In this document: positions 52,300-64,000 of the stretch, piece after piece
Position numbering within the stretch: position 1 is the stretch's first letter
Layout of the letters: each line of letters begins with the position of its first letter
Assembly: GCA_964016885.1 (NCBI GenBank)
Contig: OZ024742.1
Span: forward strand, 165,974,001-166,038,000
Source of the DNA: Eledone cirrhosa
Taxonomy: Eukaryota
DNA length: 64,000 nt
Reading direction: 5' to 3'
Translations under genes and position numbers: made by a program
Notes under the pieces: model-generated
Databases searched by the model: none
The model's input: only the letters and a program-made list of their open reading frames with translations
Told to the model about the DNA's origin: nothing

Positions 52300-55200
52300 A
52301 AAAAAAATCAAGGGGAGATAATTTCCAGCCGTCCAAGGAGAGATAATTTTTAAAAAAAATCAGGCGGAGATAATTTGTAAAAAAAAATCAGGGGGAGATA
52401 ATTTGTAAAAAAAAATCAGGGGGAGATAATTTGTAAAAAAAATCAAGGGGAGATAATTTCCAGCCGTCCAAGGGGAGATAATTTTCAGCCGTCCAAGGGG
52501 AGATAATTTCCAGCCGTCCAAGGGGAGATAATTTTTTAAAAAAAATCAGGCGGAGATAATTTGTAAAAAAAATCAAGGGGAGATAATTTGCAACCGTCCA
52601 AGGGGACATAATTTTCAGTCGTCCAAGGAGAGGTAATTTCTAGCCGTCCAAGGGGAGATAATTTCCAGCCGTCCAAGGGGAGATAATTTCCAGCCGTCCA
52701 AGGGGAGATAATTTTTTTTTAAAAATCAGGCGGAGATAATTTGTAAAAAAAAAATCAGGGGGAGATAATTTGTAAAAAAAAATCAGGGGGAGATAATTTG
52801 TAAAAAAAAATCAGGGGGAGATAATTTGTAAAAAAAATCAAGGGGAGATAATTTCCAGCCGTCCAAGGGAAGATAATTTCCAGCCCTCCAAGGGGCTATA
52901 ATTTCCAGCGTCCAAGGGGAGATAATTTCCAGCCAGCGAAGGGGAGATAATTGTTTTAAAAAAATCATTGGGAGATTTGTAAAAAAAATCAGGGGGAGAT
53001 AATTAATAAAAAAAATCAAGGGGAGATAATTCCAGCCGTCCAAGGGGAGGTAATATCTAGCCGTCCAAGGGGAGATAATTTCCAGCCGTCCAAGGGGAGA
53101 TAATTTCCAGCCGTCCAAGGGTAGATAATATCCAGCCGTCCAAGGAGACATATTTTCCAGCCGTCCAAGGAGAGGTAATTTCTAGCCGTACAAGGGGAGA
53201 TAAATTCCAGCCTCCAAGGGGAGATAATTTCCAGCCAGCCAAGGGGAGATAATTTGTAAAAAAAGTCAGGGGTAGATAATTTGTAAAAAAAAATCAGGGG
53301 GAGATAATTTGTAAAAAAAATCAGGGGGAGATAATTTGTAAAAAAAATCAAGGGGAGATAATTTCCAGCCGTCCAAGGAGGGATAATTTTAAAAAAAAAA
53401 TCAGGCAGAGATAATTTGTAAAAAAAAATCAGGGGGAGATAATTTGTAAAAAAAAATCAGGGGGAGATAATTTGTAAAAAAAATCAAGGGGAGATAATTT
53501 CCAGCCGTCCAAGGGGAGATAATTTCCAGCCGTCCAAGGGGAGATAAATTTTTTAAAAAAATCAGGCGGAGATAATTTGTAAAAAAAATCAATGGGAGAT
53601 AATTTGTAAAAAAAAATCAGGGGGAGATAATTTGTAAAAAAAAATCAGGGGGAGATAATTTCCAGCCGTCCAAGGCAAGATAATTTCCAGCCCTCCAAGG
53701 GGCTATAATTTCCAGCATCCAAGGGGAGATAATTTCCAGCCGTCCAAGGGTAGATAATATCCAGCCGTCCAAGTAGACATATTTTCCAGCCGTCCAAGGA
53801 GAGGTAATTTCTAGCCGTCCAAGGGGAGATAAATTCCAGCCTCCAAGGGGAGATAATTTCCAGCCAGCCAAGGGGAGATAATTTGTAAAAAAATCAGGGG
53901 GAGATAATTTGTAAAAAAAATCAGGGGAGATAATTTGTAAAAAAAAATCAGGGGGAGATAATTTGTAAAAAAAAATCAGGGGTAGATAATTTGTAAAAAA
54001 AAATCAGGGGGAGATAATTTGTAAAAAAAAATCAGGGGGAGATAATTTGTAAAAAAAAATCAGGGGGAGATAATTTGTAAAAAAAATCAAGGGGAGATAA
54101 TTTCCAGCCGTCCAAGGGGAGATAATTTTCAGCCTTCCAAGGGGAGATAATTTCCAGCCGTCCAAGGGGCGATAATTTCCATCCTTCCAAGGGGAGATAA
54201 TTTCCAGCCTTCCAAGGGGAGATAATTTTCAGCCGTCCAAGGGGAGATAATTTCCCGCCAGCCAAGGGAAGATAATATTTTAAAAAATCAGGCGGAGATA
54301 ATTTGTAAAAAAAATCAGGGGGAGATAATTTGTAAAAATATCAGGGGGAGATAATTTGTAAAAAAAAAATCAGGGGGAGATAATTTGTAAAAAAAATCAG
54401 GGGGAGATAATTTGGAAAAAAAAATCAGGGGTAGATAATTTGTAAAAAAAAATCAGGGGGAGATAATTTGTAAAAAAAAAATCAGGGGGAGATAATTTGT
54501 AAAAAAAATCAAGGGGAGATAATTTCCAGCCGTCCAAGGAGAGATAATTTTTAAAAAAAATCAGGCGGAGATAATTTGTAAAAAAAAATCAAGGGGAGAT
54601 AATTTGTAAAAAAAAATCAGGGGGAGATAATTTGTAAAAAAAATCAAGGGGAGATAATTTCCAGCCGTCCAAGGGAAGATAATTTCCAGCACTCCAAGGG
54701 GCTATAATTTCCAGTGTCCAAGGGGAGATAATTTCCAGCCAGCGAAGGGGAGATAATTTTTTTAAAAAAATCAGGGGGAGATATGTAAAAAAAATCAGAG
54801 GGAGATAATTTCTAAAAAAAATCAAAGGGAGATAATTTCCAGCCGTCCAAAGAGAGATAATTTCTAGCCGTCCAAGGGGAGATAATTTCCAGACAAGGGG
54901 AGATAATTTCCAGCCGTCCAAGGGGAGATAATTATTTAAAAAATCAGGTGGAGATAATTTGTAAAAAAAATCAGGGGGAGATAATTTGTAAAAACAAAAT
55001 CAAGGGCAGATAATTTCCAGCTGTCCAAGGGGAGATAATTTCCAGCCGTGCAAGGGGAGATAATTTCCAGCCGTCCAAGGGGAGATAATTTCCATCCTTC
55101 CAAGGGGAGATAATCTCCAGCCGTCCAAGGGGAGATAATTTCCCGCCAGCCAAGGGAAGATAATTTTTAAAAAAATCAGGCGGAGATTGTAAAAAAAATC

Positions 55201-58200
55201 AGGGGGAGATAATTTGTAAAAAAATCAGGGGGAGATAATTTGTAAAAAAAAAATCAGGGGAGATAATTTGTAAAAAAAAATCAGGGGGAGATAATTTGTA
55301 AAAAAAAATCAGGGGGAGATAATTTGTAAAAAAAATCAGGGGTAGATAATTTGTAAAAAAAAATCAGGGGGAGATAATTTGTAAAAAAAAATCAGTGGGA
55401 GATAATTTGTAAAAAAATCAAGGGGAGATAATATGCAGCCGTCCTAGGGGAGATAATTTTCAGCCGTCCAAGGAGAGTTAATTTCTAGCCGTCCAAGGGG
55501 AGATAATTTCCAGCCGTCCAAGGGGAGATAATTTCCAGCCGTCCAAGGGGAGATAGTTTTTTTAAAAAAATCAGGCGGAGATAATTTGTAAAAAAAAAAT
55601 CAGGGGGAGATAATTTGTAAAAAAAAATCAGGGGGAGATAATTTGTAAAAAAAAATCAAGGGGAGATAATTTGTAAAAAAAATCAGGGGGAGATAATTAG
55701 TAAAAAAATCAAGGGGAGATAATTTCCAGCCGTCCAAGGGGAGGTAATATCTAGCCGTCCAAGGGGAGATAATTTCCAGCCGTCCAAGGGGAGATAATTT
55801 CCAGCCGTCCAAGGGTAGATAATTTCCAGCCGTCCAAGTAGACATATTTTCCAGCCGTCCAAGGAGAGGTAATTTCTAGCCGTCCAAGGGGAGATAAATT
55901 CCAGCCTCCAAGGGGAGATAATTTCCAGCCAGCCAAGGGGAGATAATTTGTAAAAAAATCAGGGGGAGATAATTTGTAAAAAAAAATCAGGGGGAGATAA
56001 TTTGTAAAAAAAAATCAGGGGGAGATAATTTGTAAAAAAAATCAGAGGGAGATAATTTGTAAAAAAAAATCAGGGGGAGATAATTTGTAAAAAAAAATCA
56101 GGAGGAGATAATTTGTAAAAAAAAATCAGGCGGAGATAATTTGTAAAAAAGATCAAGGGGAGATAATTTCCAGCCGTCCAAGGGGAGATAATTTCCAGCC
56201 GTCCAAGGGGAGGTAATATCTAGCCGTCCAAGGGGAGATAATTTCCAGCCGTCCAAGAGGAGATAATTTCCAGTGTCCAAGGGGAGATAATTTCCAGCCA
56301 GCGAAGGGGAGATAATTTTTTTTTTTAAATCAGGGGGAGATTTGTAAAAAAAATCAGGGGGAGATAATTTGTAAAAAAAAATCAAGGGGAGATAATTTCC
56401 AGCCGTCGAAGGGAAGATAATTTCCAGCCCTCCAAGGGGCTATAATTTCCAGCGTCCAAGGGGAGATAATTTCCAGCCAGCGAAGGGGAGATAATTTTTT
56501 TAAAAAAATCATTGGGAGATTTGTAAAAAAAATCAGGGAGAGATAATTTGTAAAAAAAATCAAGGGGAGATAATTTCCAGCCGTCCAAGGGGAGGTAATA
56601 TCTAGCCGTCCAAGGGGAGATAATTTCCAGCCGTCCAAGGGGAGATAATTTCCAGCCGTCCAAGGGTAGATAATATCCAGCCGTCCAAGTAGACATTTTC
56701 CAGCCGTCCAAGGAGAGGTAATTTCTAGCCGTCCAAGGGGAGATAAATTCCAGCCTCCAAGGGGAGATAATTTCCAGCCAGCCAAGGGGAGATAATTTGT
56801 AAAAAAATCAGGGGGAGATAATTTGTAAAAAAAATCAGAGGGAGATAATTTGTAAAAAAAAATCAGGGGGAGATAATTTGTAAAAAAAAATCAGGAGGAG
56901 ATAATTTGTAAAAAAAAATCAGGCGGAGATAATTTGTAAAAAAGATCAAGGGGAGATAATTTCCAGCCGTCCAAGGGGAGATAATTTCCAGCCGTCCAAG
57001 GGGAGGTAATATCTAGCCGTCCAAGGGGAGATAATTTCCAGCCGTCCAAGAGGAGATAATTTCCAGTGTCCAAGGGGAGATAATTTCCAGCCAGCGAAGG
57101 GGAGATAATTTTTTTTTTTAAATCAGGGGGAGATTTGTAAAAAAAATCAGGGGGAGATAATTTGTAAAAAAAAATCAAGGGGAGATAATTTCCAGCCGTC
57201 GAAGGGAAGATAATTTCCAGCCCTCCAAGGGGCTATAATTTCCAGCGTCCAAGGGGAGATAATTTCCAGCCAGCGAAGGGGAGATAATTTTTTTAAAAAA
57301 ATCATTGGGAGATTTGTAAAAAAAATCAGGGAGAGATAATTTGTAAAAAAAATCAAGGGGAGATAATTTCCAGCCGTCCAAGGGGAGGTAATATCTAGCC
57401 GTCCAAGGGGAGATAATTTCCAGCCGTCCAAGGGGAGATAATTTCCAGCCGTCCAAGGGTAGATAATATCCAGCCGTCCAAGTAGACATTTTCCAGCCGT
57501 CCAAGGAGAGGTAATTTCTAGCCGTCCAAGGGGAGATAAATTCCAGCCTCCAAGGGGAGATAATTTCCAGCCAGCCAAGGGGAGATAATTTGTAAAAAAA
57601 TCAGGGGGAGATAATTTGTAAAAAAAATCAGGGGGAGATAATTTGTAAAAAAAAATCAGGGGGAGATAATTTGTAAAAAAAAATCAGGGGGAGATAATTT
57701 GTAAAAAAAAATCAGGGGGAGATAATTTGTAAAAAACATCAAGGGGAGATAATTTCCAGCCGTCCAAGGGGAGATAATTTTCAGCCGTCCAAGGGGAGAT
57801 AATTTCCAGCCGTCCAAGGGGAGATAATTTCCATCCTTCCAAGGGGAGATAATTTCCAGCCGTCCAAGGGGAGATAATTTCCCGCCAACCAAGGGAAGAT
57901 AATTTTTAAAAAAATCAGGCGGAGATTGTAAAAAAAATCAGGGGGAGATAATTTGTAAAAAAATCAGGGGGAGATAATTTGTAAAAAAAAAATCAGGGGG
58001 AGATAATTTGTAAAAAAAATCAGGGGGAGATAATTTGTAAAAAAAAATCAAGGGGAGATAATTTGTACAAAAAATCAGGGGTATATAATTTGTAAAAAAA
58101 ATCAGGGGGAGATAATTTGTAAAAAAAAATCAGGGGGAGATAATTTGTAAAAAAAATCAAGGGGAGATAATTTGCAGCCGTCCAAGGGGAGATAATTTTC

Positions 58201-61200
58201 AGCCGTCCAAGGAGAGGTAATTTCTAGCCGTCCAAGGTGAGATAATATCCAGCCGTCCAAGGGGAGATAATTTCCAGCCGTCCAAGGGGAGATAATTTTA
58301 AAAAAAAAACAGGCGAAGATAATTTGTAAAAAAAAAATCAGGGGGAGATAATTTGTAAAAAAAAATCAGGGGGAGATAATTTGTAAAAAAAAATCAGGGG
58401 GAGGTAATTTGTAAAAAAAATCAAGGGGAGATAATTTCCAGCCGTCCAAGGGAAGATAATTTCCAGCCCTCCAAGGGGCTATAATTTCCAGCGTCCAAGG
58501 GGAGATAATTTCCAGCCAGCGAAGGGGAGATAATTTTTTTTTTTTTAAATCAGGGGGACATAATTTGTAAAAAAAAATCAGGGGGAGATAATTTGTAAAA
58601 AAAATCAAGGGGAGATAATTTGTAAAAAAAAATCAGGGGGAGATAATTTGTAAAAAAAAATCAGGGGGAGATAATTTGTAAAAAAAATTAAGGGGAGATA
58701 ATTTGTAAAAAAAAATCAAGGGGAGATAATTTCCAGCCGTTCAAGGAGAGGTAATTTCTAGACGTCCAAGGGGAGATAATTTCCAGCCGTCCAAGGGGAG
58801 ATAATTTCCAGCCGTCCAAGGGTAGATAATATCCAGCCGTCCAAGGAGACATATTTTCCAGCTTTGCAAGGAGAGGTAATTTCTAGCCGTCCAAGGGGAG
58901 ATAAATTCCAGCCTCCAAGGGGAGATAATTTCCAGCCAGCCAAGGGGAGATGATTTGTAAAAAAAATCAGGGGGAGATAATTTGTAAAAAAAATCAGGGG
59001 GAGATAATTTGTAAAAAAAATCAGGGGGAGATAATTTGTAAAAAAAATCAGGGGGAGATAATTTCCAGCCGTCCAAGGGGAGATAATTTTCAGCCGTCCA
59101 AGGGGAGATAATTTCCCGCCAGCCAAGGGAAGATAATATTTAAAAAATGAGGCGGAGATAATTTGTAAAAAAAATCAGGGGGAGATAATTTGTAAAAAAA
59201 TCAGGGGGAGATAATATGTAAAAAAAATATCAGGGGGAGATAATTTGTAAAAAAAATCAGGGGGAGATAATTTGTAAAAAAAAATCAGGGGTAGATAATT
59301 TGTAAAAAAAAATCAGGGGGAGATAATTTGTAAAAAAAATCAGGGGGAGATAATTTATAAAAAAAATCAAGGGGAGATAATTTCCAGCCGTCCAAGGGAA
59401 GATAATTTCAAGCCCTCCAAGGGGCTATAATTTCCAGTGTCCAAGGGGAGATAATTTCCAGCCAGCGAAGGGGAGATAATTTTTTTTTAAAAATCAGGGG
59501 GAGATTTGTAAAAAAAATCAGGGGGAGATAATTTGTAAAAAAAATCAAAGGGAGATAATTTCCAGCCGTCCAAAGAGATAATTTCTAGCCGTCCAAGGGG
59601 AGATAATTTCGAGCCAAGGGGAGATAATTTCCAGCCGTCCAAGGGGAGATAATTTTTTAAAAAATCAGGTGGAGATAATTTGTAAAAAAAATCAGGGGGA
59701 GATAATTTGTAAAAACAAAATCAAGGGCAGATAATTTCCAGCTGTCCAAGGGGAGATAATTTCCAGCCGTGCAAGGGGAGATAATTTCCAGCCGTCCAAG
59801 GGGAGATAATTTCCATCCTTCCAAGGGGAGATAATTTCCAGCCGTCCAAGGGGAGATAATTTCCCGCCAGCCAAGGGAGATAATTTTTTAAAAAATCAGG
59901 CGGAGATTGTAAAAAAAATCAGGGGGAGATAATTTGTAAAAAAATCAGCGGGAGATAATTTGTAAAAAAATCAAGGGGAGATAATTTCCAGCTGTCCAAG
60001 GGGAGGTAATATCTAGCCGTCCAAGGGGAGATAATTTCCAGCCGTCCAAGGGGAGATAATTTCCAGCCGTCCAAGGGTAGATAATATCCAGCCGTCCAAG
60101 GAGACATATTTTCCAGCCGTCCAAGGAGAGGTAATTTCTAGCCGTCCAAGTGGAGATAAATTCCAGCCTCCAAGGGGAGATAATTTCCAGCCAGCCAAGG
60201 GGAGATAATTTGTAAAAAAATCAGGGGGAGATAATTTGTAAAAAAAATCAGGGGGAGATAATTTGTAAAAAAAAATCAGGGGGAGATAATTTGTAAAAAA
60301 AATCAGGGGGAGATAATTTGTAAAAAAAATCAAGGGGAGATAATTTCCAGCCGTCCAAGGGGAGATAATTTTCAGCCGTCCAAGGGGAGATAATTTCCCG
60401 CCAGCCAAGGGAAGATAATATTTAAAAAATGAGGCGGAGATAATTTGTAAAAAAAAATCAGGGGTAGATAATTTGTAAAAAAAATCAGGGGGAGATAATT
60501 TGTAAAAAAAATCAAGGGGAGATAATTTCCAGCCGTCCAAGGAGAGATAATTTTTAAAAAAAATCAGGCGGAGATAATTTGTAAAAAAAAATCAGGGGGA
60601 GATAATTTGTAAAAAAAAATCAGGGGGAGATAATTTGTAAAAAAAATCAAGGGGAGATAATTTCCAGCCGTCCAAGGGGAGATAATTTTCAGCCGTCCAA
60701 GGGGAGATAATTTCCAGCCGTCCAAGGGGAGATAATTTTAAAAAAAAATCAGGCGGAGATAATTTGTAAAAAAAATCAAGGGGAGATAATTTGCAACCGT
60801 CCAAGGGGACATAATTTTCAGTAGTCCAAGGAGAGGTAATTTCTAGCCGTACAAGGGGAGATAATTTCCAGCCGTCCAAGGGGAGATAATTTCCAGCCGT
60901 CCAAGGGGAGATAATTTTTTTTTAAAAATCAGGCGGAGATAATTTGTAAAAAAAAAATCAGGGGGAGATAATTTGTAAAAAAAAATCAGGGGGAGATAAT
61001 TTGTAAAAAAAAATCAGGGGGAGATAATTTGTAAAAAAAATCAAGGGGAGATAATTTCCAGCCGTCCAAGGGAAGATAATTTCCAGCCCTCCAAGGGGCT
61101 ATAATTTCCAGCGTCCAAGGGGAGATAATTTCCAGCCAGCGAAGGGGAGATAATTGTTTTAAAAAAATCATTGGGAGATTTGTAAAAAAAATCAGGGGGA

Positions 61201-64000
61201 GATAATTAATAAAAAAAATCAAGGGGAGATAATTTCCAGCCGTCCAAGGGGAGGTAATATCTAGCCGTCCAAGGGGAGATAATTTCCAGCCGTCCAAGGG
61301 GAGATAATTTCCAGCCGTCCAAGGGTAGATAATATCCAGCCGTCCAAGGAGACATATTTTCCAGCCGTCCAAGGAGAGGTAATTTCTAGGCGTCCAAGGG
61401 GAGATAAATTCCAGCCTCCAAGGGGAGATAATTTCCAGCCAGCCAAGGGGAGATAATTTGTAAAAAAATCAGGGGGAGATAATTTGTAAAAAAAATCAGG
61501 GGTAGATAATTTGTAAAAAAAAATCAGGGGGAGATAATTTGTAAAAAAAATCAAGGGGAGATAATTTCCAGCCGTCCAAGGAGAGATAATTTTAAAAAAA
61601 AATCAGGCGGAGATAATTTGTAAAAAAAAATCAGGGGGAGATAATTTGTAAAAAAAAATCAGGGGGAGATAATTTGTAAAAAAAATCAAGGGGAGATAAT
61701 TTCCAGCCGTCCAAGGGGAGATAATTTCCAGCCGTCCAAGGGGAGATAATTTTTTTAAAAAAATCAGGCGGAGATAATTTGTAAAAAAAATCAGGGGGAG
61801 ATAATTTGTAAAAAAAAATCAGGGGGAGATAATTTGTAAAAAAAAATCAGGGGGAGATAATTTCCAGCCGTCCAAGGTAAGATAATTTCCAGCCCTCCAA
61901 GGGGCTATAATTTCCAGCATCCAAGGGGAGATAATTTCCAGCCGTCCAAGGGTAGATAATATCCAGCCGTCCAAGTAGACATATTTTCCAGCCGTCCAAG
62001 GAGAGGTAATTTCTAGCCGTCCAAGGGGAGATAAATTCCAGCCTCCAAGGGGAGATAATTTCCAGCCAGCCAAGGGGAGATAATTTGTAAAAAAATCAGG
62101 GGGAGATAATTTGTAAAAAAAAATCAGGGGGAGATAATTTCCAGCCGTCCAAGGGGAGATAATTTTCAGCCGTCCAAGGGTAGATAATATCCAGCCGTCC
62201 AAGTAGACATTTTCCAGCCGTCCAAGGAGAGGTAATTTCTAGCCGTCCAAGGGGAGATAAATTCCAGCCTCCAAGGGGAGATAATTTCCAGCCAGCCAAG
62301 GGGAGATAATTTGTAAAAAAATCAGAGGGAGATAATTTGTAAAAAAAATCAGGGGGAGATAATTTGTAAAAAAAAATCAGGGGGAGATAATTTGTAAAAA
62401 AAAATCAGGGGGAGATAATTTGTAAAAAAAAATCAGGGGGAGATAATTTGTAAAAAAAATCAAGGAGAGATAATTTCCAGCCGTCCAAGGGGAGATAATT
62501 TTCAGCCGTCCAAGGGGAGATAATTTCCAGCCGTCCAAGGGGAGATAATTTCCATCCTTCCAAGGGGAGATAATTTCCAGCCGTCCAAGGGGAGATAATT
62601 TTCAGCCGTCCAAGGGGAGATAATTTCCCGCCAGCCAAGGGAAGATAATATTTTAAAAAATCAGGCGGAGATAATTTGTAAAAAAAATCAGGGGGAGATA
62701 ATTTGTAAAAAAATCAGGGGGAGATAATTTGTAAAAAAAAAATCAGGGGAAGATAATTTGTAAAAAAAATCAGGGGGAGATAATTTGTAAAAAAAAATCA
62801 GGGGTAGATAATTTGTAAAAAAAAATCAGGGGGAGATAATTTGTAAAAAAAAATCAGGGGGAGATAATTTGTAAAAAAAATCAGGGGGAGATAATTTGTA
62901 AAAAAAAATCAGGGGGAGATAATTTCCGGCCGTCCAAGGGGAGATAATTTTCAGCCGTCCAAGGGGAGATAATTTCCCGCCAGCCAAGGGAATATAATAT
63001 TTAAAAAAATCAGGCGGAGATAATTTGTAAAAAAAATCAGGGGGAGATAATTTGTAAAAAAATCAGGGGGAGATAATTTGTAAAAAAAATCAAGGGGAGA
63101 TAATTTCCAGCCGTCCAAGGGGAGGTAATATCTAACCGTCCAAGGGGAGATAATTTCCAGCCGTCCAAGAGGAGATAATTTCCAGCCGTCCAAGGGTAGA
63201 TAATATCCAGCCGTCCAAGGAGACATATTTTCCAGCCGTCCAAGGAGAGGTAATTTCTAGCCGTCCAAGGGGAGATAAATTCCAGCCTCCAAGGGGAGAT
63301 AATTTCCAGCCAGCCAAGGGGAGATAATTTGTAAAAAAAATCAGGGGGAGATAATTTGTAAAAAAAATCAGGGGGAGATAATTTGTAAAAAAATCAGGGG
63401 GAGATAATTTGTAAAAAAAAAATCAGGGGGAGATAATTTGTAAAAAAAATCAGGGGGAGATGATTTGTAAAAAAAAATCAGGGGTAGATAATTTGTAAAA
63501 AAAAATCAGGGGGAGATAATTTGTAAAAAAAAATCAGGGGGAGATAATTTGTAAAAAAAATCAAGGGGAGATAATTTCCAGCCGTCGAAGGGAAGATAAT
63601 TTCCAGCCCTCCAAGGGGCTATAATTTCCAGCGTCCAAGGGGAGATAATTTCCAGCCGTCCAAGGGGAGATAATTTCCAGCCGTCCAAGGGTAGATAATA
63701 TCCAGCCGTCCAAGTAGACATTTTCCAGCCGTCCAAGGAGAGGTAATTTCTAGCCGTCCAAGGGGAGATAAATTCCAGCCTCCAAGGGGAGATAATTTCC
63801 AGCCAGCCAAGGGGAGATAATTTGTAAAAAAATCAGGGGGAGATAATTTGTAAAAAAAATCAGGGGGAGATAATTTGTAAAAAAAATCAGGGGGAGATAA
63901 TTTGTAAAAAAAAATCAGGGGGAGATAATTTGTAAAAAAAAATCAGGGGGAGATAATTTGTAAAAAAAATCAGGGGGAGATAATTTGTAAAAAAAATCAA
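52300..64000 (+). repeat. Diverged paralog of the ~29.3-40.1 kb segment (offset ~23-24 kb)
   Basis: Offsets 29753/52783 = 23030, 33832/57656 = 23824, 37119/60986 = 23867 and 39748/63506 = 23758. Shared rare markers include AAAAGTCAGG, CAATGGGAGA, AAACATCAA, GTACAAAAA and AGCTTTGCAA. Confidence 0.85.
56017..57602 (+). repeat. 793-bp tandem duplication
   Basis: ORFs 56098/56891, 56354/57147 and 56382/57175 have offset 793. The markers ATCAGAGGGA and AGGCGG...AAAAAGATC are duplicated. The paralogs at ~23 kb and ~33 kb have a single copy. Confidence 0.9.

Larger units (their letters stand above)
1..64000 (+). repeat. Composite tandem satellite array of two main ~25-29 bp monomers sharing the core GGGGAGATAATTT, organised into higher-order repeats
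   Basis: The sequence throughout parses into A = AGGGGGAGATAATTTGT(A7-10)TC, B = AAGGGGAGATAATTTCCAGCCGTCC, or minor variants of these, all head-to-tail. Window length divided by ~26 bp gives roughly 2,400-2,500 monomers (estimate). The array runs off both ends of the window. Confidence 0.98.

Noticed and set aside
110-63810. The many minus-strand ORFs of 60-175 aa as repeat-protein genes
   Set aside because: They are translations of the satellite in overlapping frames. Most begin at TTG-type codons inside monomers, and they are frameshifted by homopolymer length changes and 25-bp units. They show no domain signature or frame preservation.
1-64000. CRISPR array (constant core plus variable intervening sequence)
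   Set aside because: The constant part is only ~13 bp, and the intervening 12-16 bp fall into a few recurring classes rather than unique spacers. There is no leader and there are no cas genes.
1-64000. Telomerase-made telomere with long ~25-bp units
   Set aside because: Kilobase-scale ordered variant patterns are copied faithfully, which indicates recombination or replication-based amplification rather than templated addition. The units match no telomeric repeat I know. A recombination-maintained terminal location cannot be excluded.
1-64000. Canonical G-quadruplex array
   Set aside because: The G4-5 runs are separated by ~21-24 nt, far beyond the usual 1-7 nt loops. Only weak long-loop or intermolecular structures are plausible.
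1-64000. Synthetic sequence or pure sequencing artefact
   Set aside because: Nested shared variants, consistent indel arithmetic (3152-374-194=2584 and 3152+1443=4595) and CpG-type changes look like real descent. Individual duplications still need read validation.

Overview
The whole 64 kb window is one uninterrupted, single-orientation tandem satellite array. I found no unique sequence, credible gene, RNA gene or mobile element. It is built from two main monomers that share the core GGGGAGATAATTT. Monomer A is AGGGGGAGATAATTTGT(A7-10)TC (26-29 bp) and monomer B is AAGGGGAGATAATTTCCAGCCGTCC (25 bp). A junction monomer C carries a (T)n(A)m palindrome and is followed by the head variant AGGCGG. 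A-blocks and B-blocks of roughly 75-220 bp alternate, and the transitions between them follow largely fixed rules. Ordered B-variant cassettes recur, and these blocks are nested in higher-order repeats and duplications with periods of 309, 793, 1443, about 3151, 10051, about 12580 and about 23-24 kb. All listed ORFs are minus-strand by-products of monomer B, which has no stop codon on that strand. The array is most consistent with a eukaryotic heterochromatic, possibly (peri)centromeric or subtelomeric, satellite, but I do not recognise the family or the organism.
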